Made by a program: the position numbers and the translations under genes | DNA from: Centroscyllium fabricii | Taxonomy: Eukaryota | Length of the DNA stretch: 64,000 bases | Direction of reading: 5' to 3' | Assembly: GCA_051313645.2 (NCBI GenBank) | Contig: JBNRSN020000013.1 | Span: 15,066,001-15,130,000 of the forward strand | Notes under the pieces: model-generated | Told to the model about the DNA's origin: nothing | Database searches by the model: none | What the model saw: the letters and a program-made list of their open reading frames with translations, nothing else | In this document: positions 23,422-36,899 of the stretch, one piece after another | How the letters are laid out: every line of letters starts with the position of its first letter | How positions within the stretch are numbered: position 1 is the first letter of the stretch

Positions 23422-24899
23422 TATTGTTTTTTGCTGTTAAGAATGGGCTCTTTAGCAGTAAAATTCGTGACATTTGGAAGCCACTTGCATTTGTACATGC
23501 CATATCCATATTTGTGGAGGTCTACCATTCCCTGCTGCATGGTAATACGAGTTGGTATTTTATCTATAGCTCCCCGCATACATCATAACTCGTGCAGTCA
23601 GTGGCGATGCTCAGCCGGTGGAATTTTTTTTGGAGTGCTTGGTTAATATTTGCATTTCCCCATCGCATGTCTTGCTTACTTTTTTCCCACCCGCATCTGT
23701 CTCATTTTACAGAAAGACTGTTGACATGTTAAACATCTAGCAGTCATTTTTGTTTTGTGTGAACATCTTTGCCTGTGCAGTTGTCAAGGTTGGTCATAGG
23801 AAGCCATTTGTTAAGACGAGATGTCTTTTTGAGAACAGGATTCTTTTTCCTTGGTGTATGGGATTTAGTTGTTGAGGTGAGGCTCGGCCAACTAGAATTT
23901 AAATAAAAATCCAACTTCCTCATTAAATAAAATAGGAGCCTTTTTTTTTTAGCTCATTGTTTGTGACCAGTATCATTGTACTTCCATTCTGAAACCTGCC
24001 CAATGCTGCTATTGCCCAAGTACTGTAACAAAAACTAGGTCTTTAGTCATCAATACTTCATAAAATAATTTTGCTTTTTGTACCCTAACTTAAATAGCCT
24101 AATTTTATTTGGTGTGACAATTGCTTCTTTACACTGTGGCAGTACTTAAAAACAATTTGGTTAAGTAGCCTAATTAAGTCGGTGTTCATTTTACATTGTA
24201 ATCATCTGTGACCAAAATGTAGCATTTTTGTATAGTTTTAGCCTGTTATTGGCTACTTCAATCATAATACATACGGAATTAAAAATGAACTGCACTACAA
24301 CGCAATACAGTTGCTGTAAGGACTATTGTTTAGTTTTATCTTGGCAGTTGGCTACCACTGGCAGGAAGGTGGAATTACAACGTGACAAGTTTACATAGAC
24401 CGTTTGCATTCCAAGTGTCTACATCGGAGTTTATAATGGAATAAATTTATTCACTTGCTTATCTATTATTCAGTAAATTAGTTTGGCAACTAAAGGCTAA
24501 AACAAGGTCTGGTGTCGTGACACTGTCTGCTTCTTGAAGACATTAGGAGGATCCTGTGGAAGTTCTGGGTAGATTCAGAAGCTAAAGCAAACCTAAAAAA
24601 AGGTTTTCTGTTTGTTATTCTGGATGTATTATCAAAGTGATCTAGTTGTCAGGGAAAGTGTAAATACTTTCAAAGACATTGGGAATGAGGGCCATAATAG
24701 ATTGGGAGTGAGGACAATCTATGTGGATAGTCTGAATAATAGTTTACATTTTTCAGAGGCGAAAAATATCTCGACTAACGGCCAATTTGTTTATTTAATC
24801 AAGTACGCATTTTTGTTTCTCTAAAATAAATGTAATTTGCCATTGGTCTAATTTTCAGTTCATGCTTTACTGTCACTTTTTTGTGGAAGCAAAAACTGC

Positions 24900-25447
24900 T
24901 TTGCTGTTGCCTCATCCTCACCGACACGGAAACTCTTATCCACACTTTGATTACCACAAGGCTTGACTTCAATCTCACCTCCACAGTGCCCTCTCAAGCT
25001 CCAACTCATTAAAATCTCTGCTGGCCACCTTCTGTCTAGTGTTATGTTTCACTTGTCTGTTCTTGCCAACCTCTATTGTCTATTTTCTCCAAGGCATCAA
25101 ATTTAAAGTTCACATTCCTCATTTATAAATTCAAATGTTGCCGTAGTCTATCTCTGCAGTCTCTTGCAGCATGTATGTTCTGGTCCGCTGATTCAGGGCT
25201 CTCCTACTTAACTGCACTCCACTCCCAGCCCTTGACATCAGTGGCCGAGCCCCTCAATCACCCGACTCTCCACAACTGCCTCCCATAAACACTCAGTCTT
25301 TCTATTCCTCTCCTCCAAAAGTTCCTTTTTTAGCCGTGACTTTGGTTATCCATCAACTTTGCTCCTGATTGGCATCCCTTTCTCCCTTCTATATGAAGTA
25401 CATGGGGACCTGTCTATTTTAAGGAGTATATAAATGCAAGTTATTGC
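24900..25447 (+). mobile_element. Degraded L2 LINE 3' fragment
   Basis: actcttatccacactttgattaccacaaggcttgac (TLIH...TRLD), aaatttaaagttcacattctcatttataaa, tail tatataaatgcaagttattg. Confidence 0.55.
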
Positions 25448-26083
25448 ATTCATTTACCTTCTTTGCATTCAAACCAATTATCTTTCTAGATTACAGTGGA
25501 TCATTGAGTTAAATGCAGAAAATTCTTTTTTATTATTTGAAGTAATCTGAAATGTCTTTGGGGGGGTGACACTTAGAAGTGGAATGTTCCTCATACTGGG
25601 TTTCATTGTGCTGAATGTTGTCTTTGAGATGGGACTGCAGCAGAACAATTGTGGTTTTATGTTAATGATTACTATTGCTGTTCTGGCTGCATTATATATT
25701 GTGCTGTTTTATATATGTCTTGTATATAACCCACTTTCAGTAAATATAACACTTTTATCATGCTTTGTACTCGCTTCAGAGTCCTCCTCACATCATCTCT
25801 AAACTCGATGATGTTCTCCAGCATGCAACTGCTCAGTGGCTCCACAGATACTCACCAACCATTGCTGTGCTGCATAACCCTGTTTCCTCTTGTCATTTTT
25901 ATGGATGTGGGCAAGGCTGACATTTATTGCCTACCCCTAATTGCCTGTGAAAATGTTTCCTCACAATGTTGGGTAGTTCCAGAATTTTGACCCAGTGACA
26001 ATGAAGGAACAGCGATATATGTCCAAGTCAGGGTGGTGTATTACTTAAATGGGAACTTGGAGCTAATAATTTGGGAGGTGCTG

Positions 26084-27336
26084 CTGGTCCTGGCCCACAT
26101 CAAAGCCAGCGTCCCCGCCGCCCTGGACCAATACCAGTTCGCCTATCGAGGAAACAGATTAACGGAAGATGCAATCACTACGGCTCTTCACTTGGCACTA
26201 AACCACCTGGATAGCAAAGATACATATATCAGAATGCTGTTTATTGACTACAGCTCAGCATTCAACACTCTCGTCCCCAGCAAGTTGTCTACCAAACTCC
26301 TCTCCCTCGGCCTGAACACCTCCCTCTGCAACTGGACCCTGGACTTCCTAACCAACAGACCACAGTCTGTGAAGTTAGGCAACTCGCCCCCCCACCCCCT
26401 TACCCTGAACACGGGGGCCCCACAATGCTGTGTGCTGAGCCCCCCCCCCTCTACTCCCTCTTCACCCACGACTGTGTGGCTGTCTACGCCTCCAACACGA
26501 TGATCAAGTTTGCGGACGACACCACGGTGGTTAGCCAGATCACCAACAACGATGAGTCAGCCTACAGGGGTGAGATCCAGCGCCTTGTGGGATGGTGTGC
26601 CGACAACAACCTGGCACTGAACACCAAGAAAACTAAGATCATAGTGGACCTCCGGAAGACTAAAAGCAGAAGACACACCCCCATCTTCATCCAAGGGGCT
26701 GAGGCGGAAAGTGTGTCCAGCTTCAAGTTCCTTGGGGTCCACATCTCGGAAGACCTCTCCTGGTCACTAAACACCTCCTCTCTGATTAAGAAGGCCCAAC
26801 GGTGCCTGTACTTCCTAAGGAAGCTGAAAAAAGCCAGGCTGTCATCCGGCATCCTCACCAACCTCTACCGCTGCACAATCGAAAACATACTGACAAGCTG
26901 CATCACAGTCTGGTATGGGAACTGCACCATCTCGGACCGGAAGGCTCTGCAGCGGGTAGTCAAAACTGCCCAACGAATCACCGGCACCCAGCTACCGTCA
27001 ATCGAACGCACCTACCTCAAACGTTGCCTACGGAGGTCTCAGAACATTATTAAAGACCCCACACACCTCAGCCACAGTCTGTTCACCCCCCTGCCCTCCG
27101 GGAGATGCTACAGATCAATCTGCACCCGCACGACCAGATTCAAGAACAGCTTCTTCCCCAGGGTTGTCAGCCTCCTGAACTCTTAACAAAAAACTCCGGT
27201 ACCTGCACACCTGAAATGTGCTTTACTGTATGAAATTGTATGTAACTTATTTGCACTACTCTCTGGAGCGGCGAGTCTTCGTTTCGTTGTATTGTACTTG
27301 TACTCTGCAATGACAATAAAACTTGAATTGAATTGC
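26084..27336 (+). mobile_element. Rex1/Babar LINE, 5'-truncated, inserted in an old minus-strand RTE-X fragment
   Basis: [54 protein letters not shown]; tail aataaaa(cttgaattgaattg). Confidence 0.9.
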
Positions 27337-27784
27337 TGTAGGGGCCTTGGTAACTGTGCAGTGCTTCATTTAGCTAGTAAAACACTGCAGCTGTCGTTCA
27401 CTGGTATTGGGAGGGAGTGAATGTTTACACTAGTGGGCAGGTTGCTAATCAAGTGAACTGCATTTTCCTAGGTGGTGGTCGAGCTTTTTCAGTGTTGCAG
27501 CTGCAGTCATCCAGGCAAGTGGAGACTATTCCATTCATGACTTGTGCCTTGTAGGTCATGGGAAGGCTTTGGGGTGTTGAGAGATGAGCCACTGACTGCA
27601 GAATACCCAGCCTCTGACCTATTTGAATAGCCATGGCATTTATGTGGCTGGTCTAGTTGAATTTCTGGTTAATAGTAACTCTTCAGGTTGTTGATTGTGA
27701 GGGGTCTTGGCTATGGTAATTCCATTGACTGTTAGGCCCTTTCTTGTTGGTCGTAGAGATCAGATTAAATGTAATAGATTTATG

Positions 27785-28640
27785 ACAGAGCAGCTGACTG
27801 CACAGTGTTCAGTGCCATTCACCACAACTCAGATGATGAAGCTGTCCATACCCGCATGCAACAAGACCTGGACGACGTTCAGGCTTGGGCTTATACGTGA
27901 CAGGTAACATTCGTGCCACAGAAGTGCCAGGCAATGACTATCTCCAATAAGCGAGAGTCTAACCACCACCCTTGACATTCAATGGCATTACCATCGCCGA
28001 ATCTCCCACCATCAACATCCTGAGGGTGTCCATTGACCAGAAACTTAACTGGACCAGCCACGTAAATACTGTGGCAACAAGAGCAGGTCAGAGGCTAGGT
28101 GTTCTGCGGCGAGTGTCTCGCCTCTTGACTCCCCAAGGTACAAGTCAAGAGTGTGATGGAATACTCTCCACTTGCCTGGATGAGTGCAGCTCCAACAAAA
28201 CTCTCGACACCATCCAGGACAAATCAGCCCGCTTGATGGCACCCCATCTACCACCTTAAACATTCACACCCTCCACCACAGGTGTACTGTGGCTGCAGTG
28301 TGTACCGTCTGCAAGATGCACTGTAGCAACTCGCCAAGGCTTCTTCAGCACCTCCCAAACCCGCAACCTCTTCCACCTAGAAGGACATGGGCAGCAGGCG
28401 CATGGGAACACCACTACCTCCAAGTCTCTCACCATCCTGACTTGGAAGTATATCGCCGATCCTTCATCGTCACTGGGTCAAAATCCTGGAACTCCCTACC
28501 TAATAGCACTGCGGGAGTACCTTCACCACATGGACTGCAGCGGTTCAAGAAGGCTGCTCACTACCACCTTCTCGAGGTCAATTTGGGATGGGCAATAAAT
28601 GCTGGCCTTGCCAACGATGCCCACATCCCATAAACTAATT
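27785..28640 (+). mobile_element. RTE-X-like LINE 3' portion
   Basis: Degraded RT C-terminus, SKSWNSLPNS...GLQRFKKAAHYHLL; tail gggcaataaatgctggccttgccaacgatgcccacatccca. Confidence 0.75.
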
Positions 28641-29877
28641 TTAAAAAGTAGATTTTTTTTTTTCTCCTGCTCCTACCCCTCTTCCCAAGCCCCAGGGTGG
28701 TCCTCCATACCCATCATAAAAACATAGAAAATAGGAGCAGGAGTAGGCCATTCGGCCCCTCGAGCCTGCTCCACCATTCGATGAGATCATGGCTGATCAT
28801 CCAAACTCAGTACCCCGTACCTGCCTTCTTCCCATATCCCTTGATACCTTTAGCTCTAAGACTGCTGCTCCATCTTCTTTCCCCACTGTCATAGCTGTGT
28901 TCCCAGCCTGACTTGGGAACCAGCTTTGCTTTCTTTCAAGCATTTAGTGTGCTTGCATTATAGCATGCTTGTATGTTAGGAAAAGTGAAGTACGCATATT
29001 TAGGAATTTGAAACCATTGCCTGGGCTGCCAGGAGAATAGTTATGGTGCTGGACTGGGGTGCTGTTCGGGTTCACGGAAGGGTATACCCATCACCTGAGG
29101 TTTTTTAACATGGAAATTCCAACATAGAAACAGGCTGCTGGGTCCAACTAGTCCGCGTTGGTGTTTATGCACGACATGAGGGGTCCTAATCACATCTGCA
29201 TGCCTCGTTCCCATATCCTTGTTCCCCTATCCCTTTATTTCCTTTTCATAAACTACCTGTCTTAATGTATGTTAAATGTTGATCTGACCTGTGCTTCAAG
29301 CATTATTTCAGGTAATGCATTCCAAAAGCACAACTCTTAGTAACAAAAAAGGTTTATCTTGCTCTCTGTCTTAAATCTCTTGTATTTAATTGTACATCTA
29401 TGTCCTCTCATTTTAGATCCCTCAATCATTAGAAAGAGTCTGATGCTTCCTAATCTGTCCCATCCTGTCCAATTTTAAACACTCCAGTGAAAACAGCCCA
29501 ATTTTTCAAGTAATTCTTTTTGTATTTTGACTTCATACCAGGCAAAATCCTAGGAATCTATGCTGTACACTCGCTTCAACATCCTTCCTTTAGTATGGAG
29601 TGCAAAAATATAGTAGTGCAACTGTAATCTTGCTAAGATTTTATACAAATTCACAGTTACATCTCAACTTTTTAATTCTATACTTCTTGCCATAAAACCA
29701 GGTTTACCTGATGCTTTTTTATGGCCTTATTTACTTACGATACTGCTTTTAATGTCTTGTGAATTGGAACCCCCAAATCGCTCTGCTCTACCATGTTATC
29801 TAGCCTTCCCCTGCTCAAAGTACATTTGTTACTTTTACCAAAATGTACCCCCTCACATTTCCTGATGTTCATAAAAG

Positions 29878-30715
29878 CATAGAAACATAGAAGATAGGAC
29901 AGGAGTCGGCCATTCGACCCCTCAAGCCTGCTCCGCCATTTAATGAGATCATGGCTGATCATCCAAATTCAGTACCCTGTTCCTGCCTTTTCACCATATC
30001 CCTTGATCCCTTTAGCTTTAAGAAATATATCTAACTCCTCCTTGAATATATTTAATGAATTGGCCTCCACCACCCTCTGTGGCAGAGAATTCCACAGGTT
30101 CACCACTCTCTGGGTGAAGAAATTCCTCCTCATCTCTGTCCTAAATGGTTTACCCCTTATCCTTAGACTGTGACCCCTGGTTCTGGACTCCTTGCCATCG
30201 GGAATATCCTTCCTGCATCTAGTCTGTCCAGGCCTGACAGAATTTTATAAGTTTCAATGAGATCCCCTCTCATCTGAACTCCAGCGAATATAAGCCCAGT
30301 CGACCCAATCTCTCTTCATATGTCATTCCTACCATCCCGGGTATCAGTCTGGTGAATCTTCGCGACACTCCCTCCATGGCAAGAACATCCTTCCTCAGAT
30401 ACGGCAACCAAAACTGCACACAATACTCAAGGTGTGGTCTCACCAAGGCCCTGTACAACTGCAGCAAAACATCCTTGCTCCTGTACTCGAACCCTCTCGC
30501 TTTGAAGGCCAATTGCCTTCTTAAGCATGCAGGTGCAGCAGGCAGTTATCTTCAGCGACTGGTGCACAAGGACACCCAGGTGTCGTTGCACTTCCCTTTC
30601 TCCCAATCTGTTGCCATTCAGATAATCTGCCATCGTCTTTTTGCCACCAAAGTGGATAACCTCGCATTTATCCACATTATACTGCATCTGCCCAATCACC
30701 CAACCTGTCCAAATC
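29878..30715 (-). mobile_element. CR1 (HER1-like) LINE 3' portion
   Basis: LYRALVRPHLEYCVQFW...LGLYSLEFR; homologous to 50937-53673. Confidence 0.85.
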
Positions 30716-33550
30716 ATACTGCCTCTTTTTATTGCCCATTCCACCATCTTATCAATCAGTATCCCCAAGCAGCAGTTTTTTGCCCTCAAATGGCCTAGCA
30801 AGCCACGCAGTTGTAAACAACTGCTACGAAAAACACTAAGACTGCAGCGGTTCAAGAAGGCGGCTCACCACCATCTTCTCGAGGGCAATTAGGGATGGGC
30901 ACTAAAATGCAGGCCTAGCCAGCCAGCGACGCCCACATCCCATCAATGAATAAAAAAAATGATTTACTATGCCTCCTTTTTTATTATTCTCTGCAAATTT
31001 GGGCACCACTCTCTCTAGCTCTATTCAAATCACTGTACATGATGAGATGTGAAGGCTCAATTATATATTTGTGTAAGTTATATATTTCCCTAAACCTCTC
31101 CGCCTCTCTACCTCTCTCCTCCTTTAAGATGCTCCTTAAAACCTACCACTTTGACCAAGCTTTTGGTCATCTGCCCTTTTTTCTTAAGTGGCTGATGTCA
31201 ATTTTTTGACTTTGACACTCCTGTGAAGCACCTTGGGACATTTTACTACTTTAAAGCGCTAATATAAATAGAAGTTATTGTTGTAAGTACATTAAGCATT
31301 TTAACTAAAACAGCTTAGTGCTGGGAAAACACTTCTAAAACTTGGGGTGGGATGGTGAGAAGTAGGAGCCTAAATTCTTCTCAATTTCCACTCTTCCCAA
31401 CCCCAGCTGAGTGCTGCCCTACTCTGTATCTCAATTGTGATCTCAGAACCAGCTTTTAAGTTCTTGCTAAGATAGCACACTAAAGAATTCTAAGTTGATT
31501 CTCGGGCCAAGGTTGGGAATGTGGCTCAAGCACATTATCTGAGGCATACAGTTGACAATGTATAAGTGCACTAAAAAGTAAATACAATAATTTTCAAAGT
31601 TCAGTGTTGAGAGGGCACTGTTGAAAAATTTTCAGATTGGAGAGGGGGAATTCATGACTGCTTACAGCCATGATTATTGTTCCGTGTCCCCCACCACCAC
31701 TGGACATTACTGGTCTCTCGGTACCAGTATATTCCACGCCCTCTCCAAATGTCCTGGACCCCACACCCCTCTTCCTAATTTCCCCAGCATTGACACTACA
31801 CAGTCAAAGCCCCCCCCCCCCCCCCCCCATTATAGTTTTCTCATCTTGGTACCACTGACACCCATGCACTCTCTTCTCCAATGTTGCCAGAGACCAGAGT
31901 CAATCTGATGCTCCTTAACCCCACCCTCCACCTGCTATTGCCTCCAGACCCTAAAAACACCAACCCCAATGTATCTCTGCCTTGCAACCCCTCTTCCACT
32001 GTTTCCACCCAGTGGGAATCCCTTTTTACTTTCACAACAAACAACCTCCCTGTCACCCTCACTTTCACATTGCTGTCCGAGCGCTCCCACATCCGGAGAT
32101 CATTTCCCACCACTTCAACATTCCCAACACAACTTCCAGTGCCATCAGACCCAGAATCATTTCTGATTGCTCCCATACCCAACCTCTTCCCCTCTCCTCA
32201 CCCCCCCCCCCCCCCCCACAGTTCCAACCCCATCAAACTACATGAAAACCTCTAGCACGTGTACTTATGGGAACATCTTCCCTACCATCTTTCTGTGACT
32301 CCTGGGTGCTTTATATTTTTTTAAAGACATTGTTTGTTGACCTACGTAATCAATGTGATTTCCACAAAAAATTGGATGGATGTAATTTGAACCCCAAATT
32401 ACTGGCAACAGTTGCTGGATGTGACATTTTAAAAGGACAGGAGCATCATACCATGTAACACTTGCAAAGGTGGGTCCCACCCCACCCTGTTCGCCGGTCC
32501 TTTTTTTCTCCGCCTCTTCCCAGATCCCCAGTCGTCCTAATGCCCAGTTACCAGTTTTGCTTTCCCCTCTGACGGAGCCCCAATCGCCTTGTCCCCAGTA
32601 CTTCGTTGGCTGTAAGGCATCTTAGAACATCCTGAGGTTGTGAAAGGCGCTATTTAAATGCAAGTTCCTTCTTTCTATATTTGTCAATCTACTGTTGCAC
32701 TGCTCATGATAAGTTAGTTATTGTTGACTAACTATTAGAATTGCATTAATTATTACTATTCAAGAGGGTCAAAGGCTGGGGCTGGGAAGTTGGGAGGATT
32801 CAAGTTGGGGTTGGATAGTTGTTGAAATAAATAGTTAGGAGTTTGTGCTTGTTAATACCCTTCTGGTGATTATTAACACTAATTCACCAGAAGTCATGCT
32901 CTTCATTATAGTTGCTACCCAGACTCTTCCAAAAAGACCCCTTGAGGCAGGACTCGTGTTAATGCACTAAATACTACCTGCTGGTTCATGTTCTAGTATG
33001 CTCTAATTTTATTTCTCTTGGCAATGGAGAATTCAGAAACAAATCAGCTTACAGGAGCTCTCAACTTGATTTATTGTCCAATTTTGCCAGACATAAACAT
33101 GGCACCCTTCTAATTATTACAGACTGCAAACTCAGATGGAGCATGCTCAGAGTTCGGGAAGTATCTGCAGGCAAACCCAGTTAAAATTTCGAGCACTGGC
33201 AAGTTGGTAGAATCAAGCCTGAATCGCCAGAGCAAGGGAAATGCCTGGGTAAAGGAATGTTGCTTTAAGGATTTTTAAACAAAATAGCTTTGTGGTTAAG
33301 TTTAGTGATTTATTTGAGATATTTTTGCATGTGAACTGTAAATTTACTTGTAGATTTTAAGTTTAATTTTCGGTGGCTTGCCAAAATATGTTGGAGCAAA
33401 AGCTTTTGTGGTTTGAATCGTCTTGTACTTGCTAGTAGTTTTGAAGAAAATTGAGGAGTACAATTGCTTGATTTTTTTTTTGTGCTGTTTTCTCATTGCA
33501 AAGTGGTAACTTTTGGTGTGCGGTGAGTAAGTGGAACTTCTTTTGATTGT

Positions 33551-33636
33551 AAGAAGTCACACAACACCAGGTTATAGTCCAACAGTTTTATTTTAAATCA
33601 CAAGCTTTCGGAGCTTCTGCCCCTTCGTCAGGTGAA
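33551..33636 (-). mobile_element. Short Penelope-like terminus with hammerhead-like motif (33598-33635)
   Basis: Minus strand TCAC-CTGACGA-A-GGGGC(AGAA)GCTCC-GAAA-GC-TT-GTGA; a near-identical plus-strand copy lies at 54705-54789. Confidence 0.65.
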
Positions 33637-34238
33637 AGAGAAGCTGACTTAAAGAACACACATATGGGAGGAAGAGAGAAATCCGATCTCTCCCACATCT
33701 CACCGTAGCAGAGATAGACAGAGCACACAAAGGCGTATTAACATATTTTAACCCATCAGTCTGAGAGCAATGAGGCACTTTTGATTGGGCATGGTTAATT
33801 TCGTGTGCTAGATGCAAAACCGATTTGTATGAGGTGAAAACATGGCAGAAACATTCTGTCTGGTTGACACAAACTTCACTATTTTTGTATTTAATTTTTT
33901 CCTCTATTTTTGGAACCATGCTTCAGTTCTTGTCGGTGAGCTCTCGCTTCCTGTCTGCCAGAGAACATTTTCATTTGCCCAGCTATCTAGGTAAGTTTGC
34001 AGCATGTTGTAGAGTTTAAGTTTTACTTGTATTCCTGAACTGAATTTTGTGATAAAATGTGGCATTTTTGACCCAATTCTCTGCAACTTCACACAGTCCC
34101 CAAGTGGGATGGCATGTGCTATCTCCTTTTTTCCCCTCTCTTGCTCACTTAAACATGCATAAACCTGACTAGCTTGCAACAAAGACAGGGCCAATTAGCT
34201 TTGGAATTAGTCTGAAAGTGGAATTTTAGAAAAAGATA

Positions 34239-34703
34239 CAGGTTGAAGACCGTTAATCCGGCACTGGCAGGACTAGGCCCGCGCCGGGTCCTGCCAGCAA
34301 AAAACGGAAGAATGAAGCTGGACAGTGCGCGCACTATTCAAAATGGCCGCGCGCATGCGCACAACATTGGAAGTGGCCGCGGCGAAGTTTTGAATGATTT
34401 GCGTATGCGTCACTGACCGGCGAGCGCATGCGCAGATCATGCGAAATGGCCGCCACAAAGTTTTGAATGATCTGCGCATGCGCCGCTGAACAGCGAGCGC
34501 ATGCGCAGATCATTCAAAACTTCTGGCGGCTATTTTGATTGATCTGCGCATGCGCTCACCGTTCGGCAGCGCATGCGCAGATCATTCGCCGAAGCATCGA
34601 TTGCGGCGGCCATTTTGCGCATGCGCAGGGCAGTCGGGGCGATTTATGTCGGACGACTGAAGTTGCCGGCTTTTCGGTTACCGGATAAACTGTCTTCAAC
34701 CTG
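34239..34703. mobile_element. Tigger-type MITE, cargo-free form, NRF1/YY1 motif array
   Basis: TA|caggttgaagaccgttaatccgg ... ccggataaactgtcttcaacctg|TA; seven exact GCGCATGCGC. Confidence 0.9.
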
Positions 34704-34705
34704 TA

Positions 34706-35141
34706 GTGCCTGACCCAATGGACGTCTCAAAGCACTTTACAGCCAATGAAGTACTTTTGGAGTGTAGTCGCTGTTGTAATGCAGGAAACGCGGCAGCCAA
34801 TTTGCGCACACCAAGGTCCCACAAACAGCAATGTGATAATGACCGGATAATTTATTTTGTTACATTGATTGAGGGATAAATATTGTCCAGGACACCGGAG
34901 ATAACTCTCCTGCTCCTCTTCGAAATAGTGCCATGTGATCTTTTACGTCCACCTGAGAGAGCAATACGGCCTCGGTTCAACATCTCAGCAGAAAGATGAC
35001 ATATCTGACAGTGCAGCACTCCCTCAGCATGGCACTGGGGTATTAGCCTAGCCATATGTGCTCAAATTCATGGAGTGGAACTTGAACCCACAATCTTCTG
35101 ATTCAGAAGCGCGTGTGCTACCAACTGAGCCACAGCTGACA
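34706..35141 (-). mobile_element. Deu-domain SINE (SacSINE1-like)
   Basis: Minus-strand tRNA head gtgtcagctgtggctcagttggtagc...gggttcaagttcc, followed by Deu-like body and L2-type tail. Confidence 0.8.
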
Positions 35142-35392
35142 CTCTTTTACCGAGAGCATCAGTCAAGTTGTGACTTTATTTTTCGAGTTTAAGAAATGGA
35201 TAAATCTCACTGAAAGCTATTGTTTTCATTCATGTATTTTAAGTGAATTAAACCAATTAGCTTTGTAGTTGTGCCATGTTTTGATGCTGTAAAGATGAGA
35301 ATGCCAGTGATGGCATGTGTGACATTGCTGTAGTTGACATACACATCGAGTTCTGATTCTCTGAACATGCTATCATTTAACTAGACACAGGG

Positions 35393-35653
35393 TGTCATAA
35401 AATGCAACTTCCTAAATAAATCTAGGAAGAGTTATTGGTTGGACTTCCAACCAACCCAGGAACAGTTACTGGTCGGCCAGCTGAGGGCACCTGACCAGGA
35501 AGTATAAATACTGGGATTTAAGCACCAGTTGAACTGAGACACTCGAAGTTAGAGGCTAGTGACTGAACTAGCTTTACTATCTTTGTTGTATTATAAGTTG
35601 AATAAAGCCTTGCTTTATGTTCACTAAAAGCTTGGTAAGTCATTATTACATCA
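35393..35653 (+). repeat. Solo LTR
   Basis: TG...CA ends; TATAAATA at ~35503; AATAAA at ~35602; flanks CAGGG / TAGGG (5-bp TSD with one mismatch). Confidence 0.65.
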
Positions 35654-36772
35654 TAGGGCATTGTAGACAATATGAGGCCTGCTTCTGGGAATGATGGGTG
35701 ATGCAGCACTTGTTAGAATATCTAGAGTAAAACCTGAAAATTGTGTGATATATCCAGGGAACGAACGGAAAAGCCTACTCAGTTTATTTCGGCTAGTAGT
35801 TTTATCATTTGTCCTTGCATGAACCTCCTTATCTGGGGAAGGCAGCAGAATAATACTACATTAGACCTTAACTTGGGCTTTTACTGCCAAATGAATTTAT
35901 TGAGTAAAAACAAGTGAATAGCGGCAGTAAGACAAAATACCTTTTATAGCAGATAATTCTAAATAGTTCTCTATGATTGTGCTAAGTTATGATCTAATTA
36001 TTGCGTAGTGTTCTTTTTCGCACTGTCTATGAAAGCCATCTGGCCTAACTATCTCTGAAGGCTTCAAACAGACCCTCCAATTTGAACAGGACAGCATGAT
36101 GAATAACTTTAATAAGTAGTGGACCAAGCAGATATAAATAACTGATACACTCATACAAACTGACTAAAATATATAACGTTAGTCTATTTAAACTTGGGTG
36201 AATGTTTTGCATTGAACTTGATTAATGTACAGTGGAATGATAAAATAAATCACGACTATGCTATATCTTGGGAAATAAAGTTAATTTGGTCACGGGTGCA
36301 AAGCATGCCAAATGCAAAATCAGAGATTTGTATGAAGTGAAAACTTGCAAATAAATTGTGTGACCCACACAGGTTGGACTTGTTTTTGTAGACGTGATGA
36401 ATTCATGTCGAATACCATACTATAGCAGGGTGCTACCAAATATTTTTTTTTCACTTGCCCAGTCGGCCAAGTGGATTTCTAAAACACTTACCCGAACACA
36501 AATTTCACTTGCCTGAAATTTTTGAAGAAATAAATAAAGATTTTACATTTTTATTAAAATGCTTCAATATAAAGCCATAGATTGTGATTGTGCCTTTTGT
36601 TGCATTGGCCCGGTTTCTGCCCCTCCCTAAAACTATTGGCTTCTTCATCCTATTCCACCTTTAAAAATCTTTTCAAAAATCTATTTCCTCAAGCATTCAC
36701 TTCATTTGTCTCTTCCAAACTTTGTGAAGCCTCTGCAGTCCGCGGGCTCCCTCACTCTCTCTCCCCGCCGAC

Positions 36773-36899
36773 CTTCGTCCAGCAGCCGCTCCAGGCGCGT
36801 GAAGATGGGCAGGCTCGACATCAGCTTCTTGTTCATCAGCTGCATCAAATAATCGGGACTGGGTCTCGGCTTCTCCTTCACCTCCATTTCCCCCACCAT
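36773..36899 (-). pseudogene. qki: Captured QKI (Quaking) exon 1 coding segment with two in-frame deletions
   Basis: [42 protein letters not shown], compared with recalled human [47 protein letters not shown]. Similarity ends at G|GT; no further exon is seen. Confidence 0.9.

Noticed and set aside
31670-32260. C-rich region with several ORFs
   Set aside because: Probably a very old Penelope-like RT remnant; too degraded to call.
32860-32893. Small hairpin cttctggtga...tcaccagaag
   Set aside because: A 10-bp stem only; no supporting context.
33123-33248. Possible 126-nt plus-strand host exon (AG...GT, open frame TANSDGACSEFGKY...)
   Set aside because: Weak pyrimidine tract and donor, and no recognisable homology; would need RNA-seq.
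35060-35141. tRNA genes (also ~3740-3807 and ~57476-57525)
   Set aside because: They are SINE heads with A/B boxes and no complete cloverleaf.
36702-36899. Functional QKI gene
   Set aside because: Conserved residues are deleted, the exon is enclosed by TIRs and a TSD, and no KH-domain exon was recognised. Not fully excludable because real QKI intron 1 is long.
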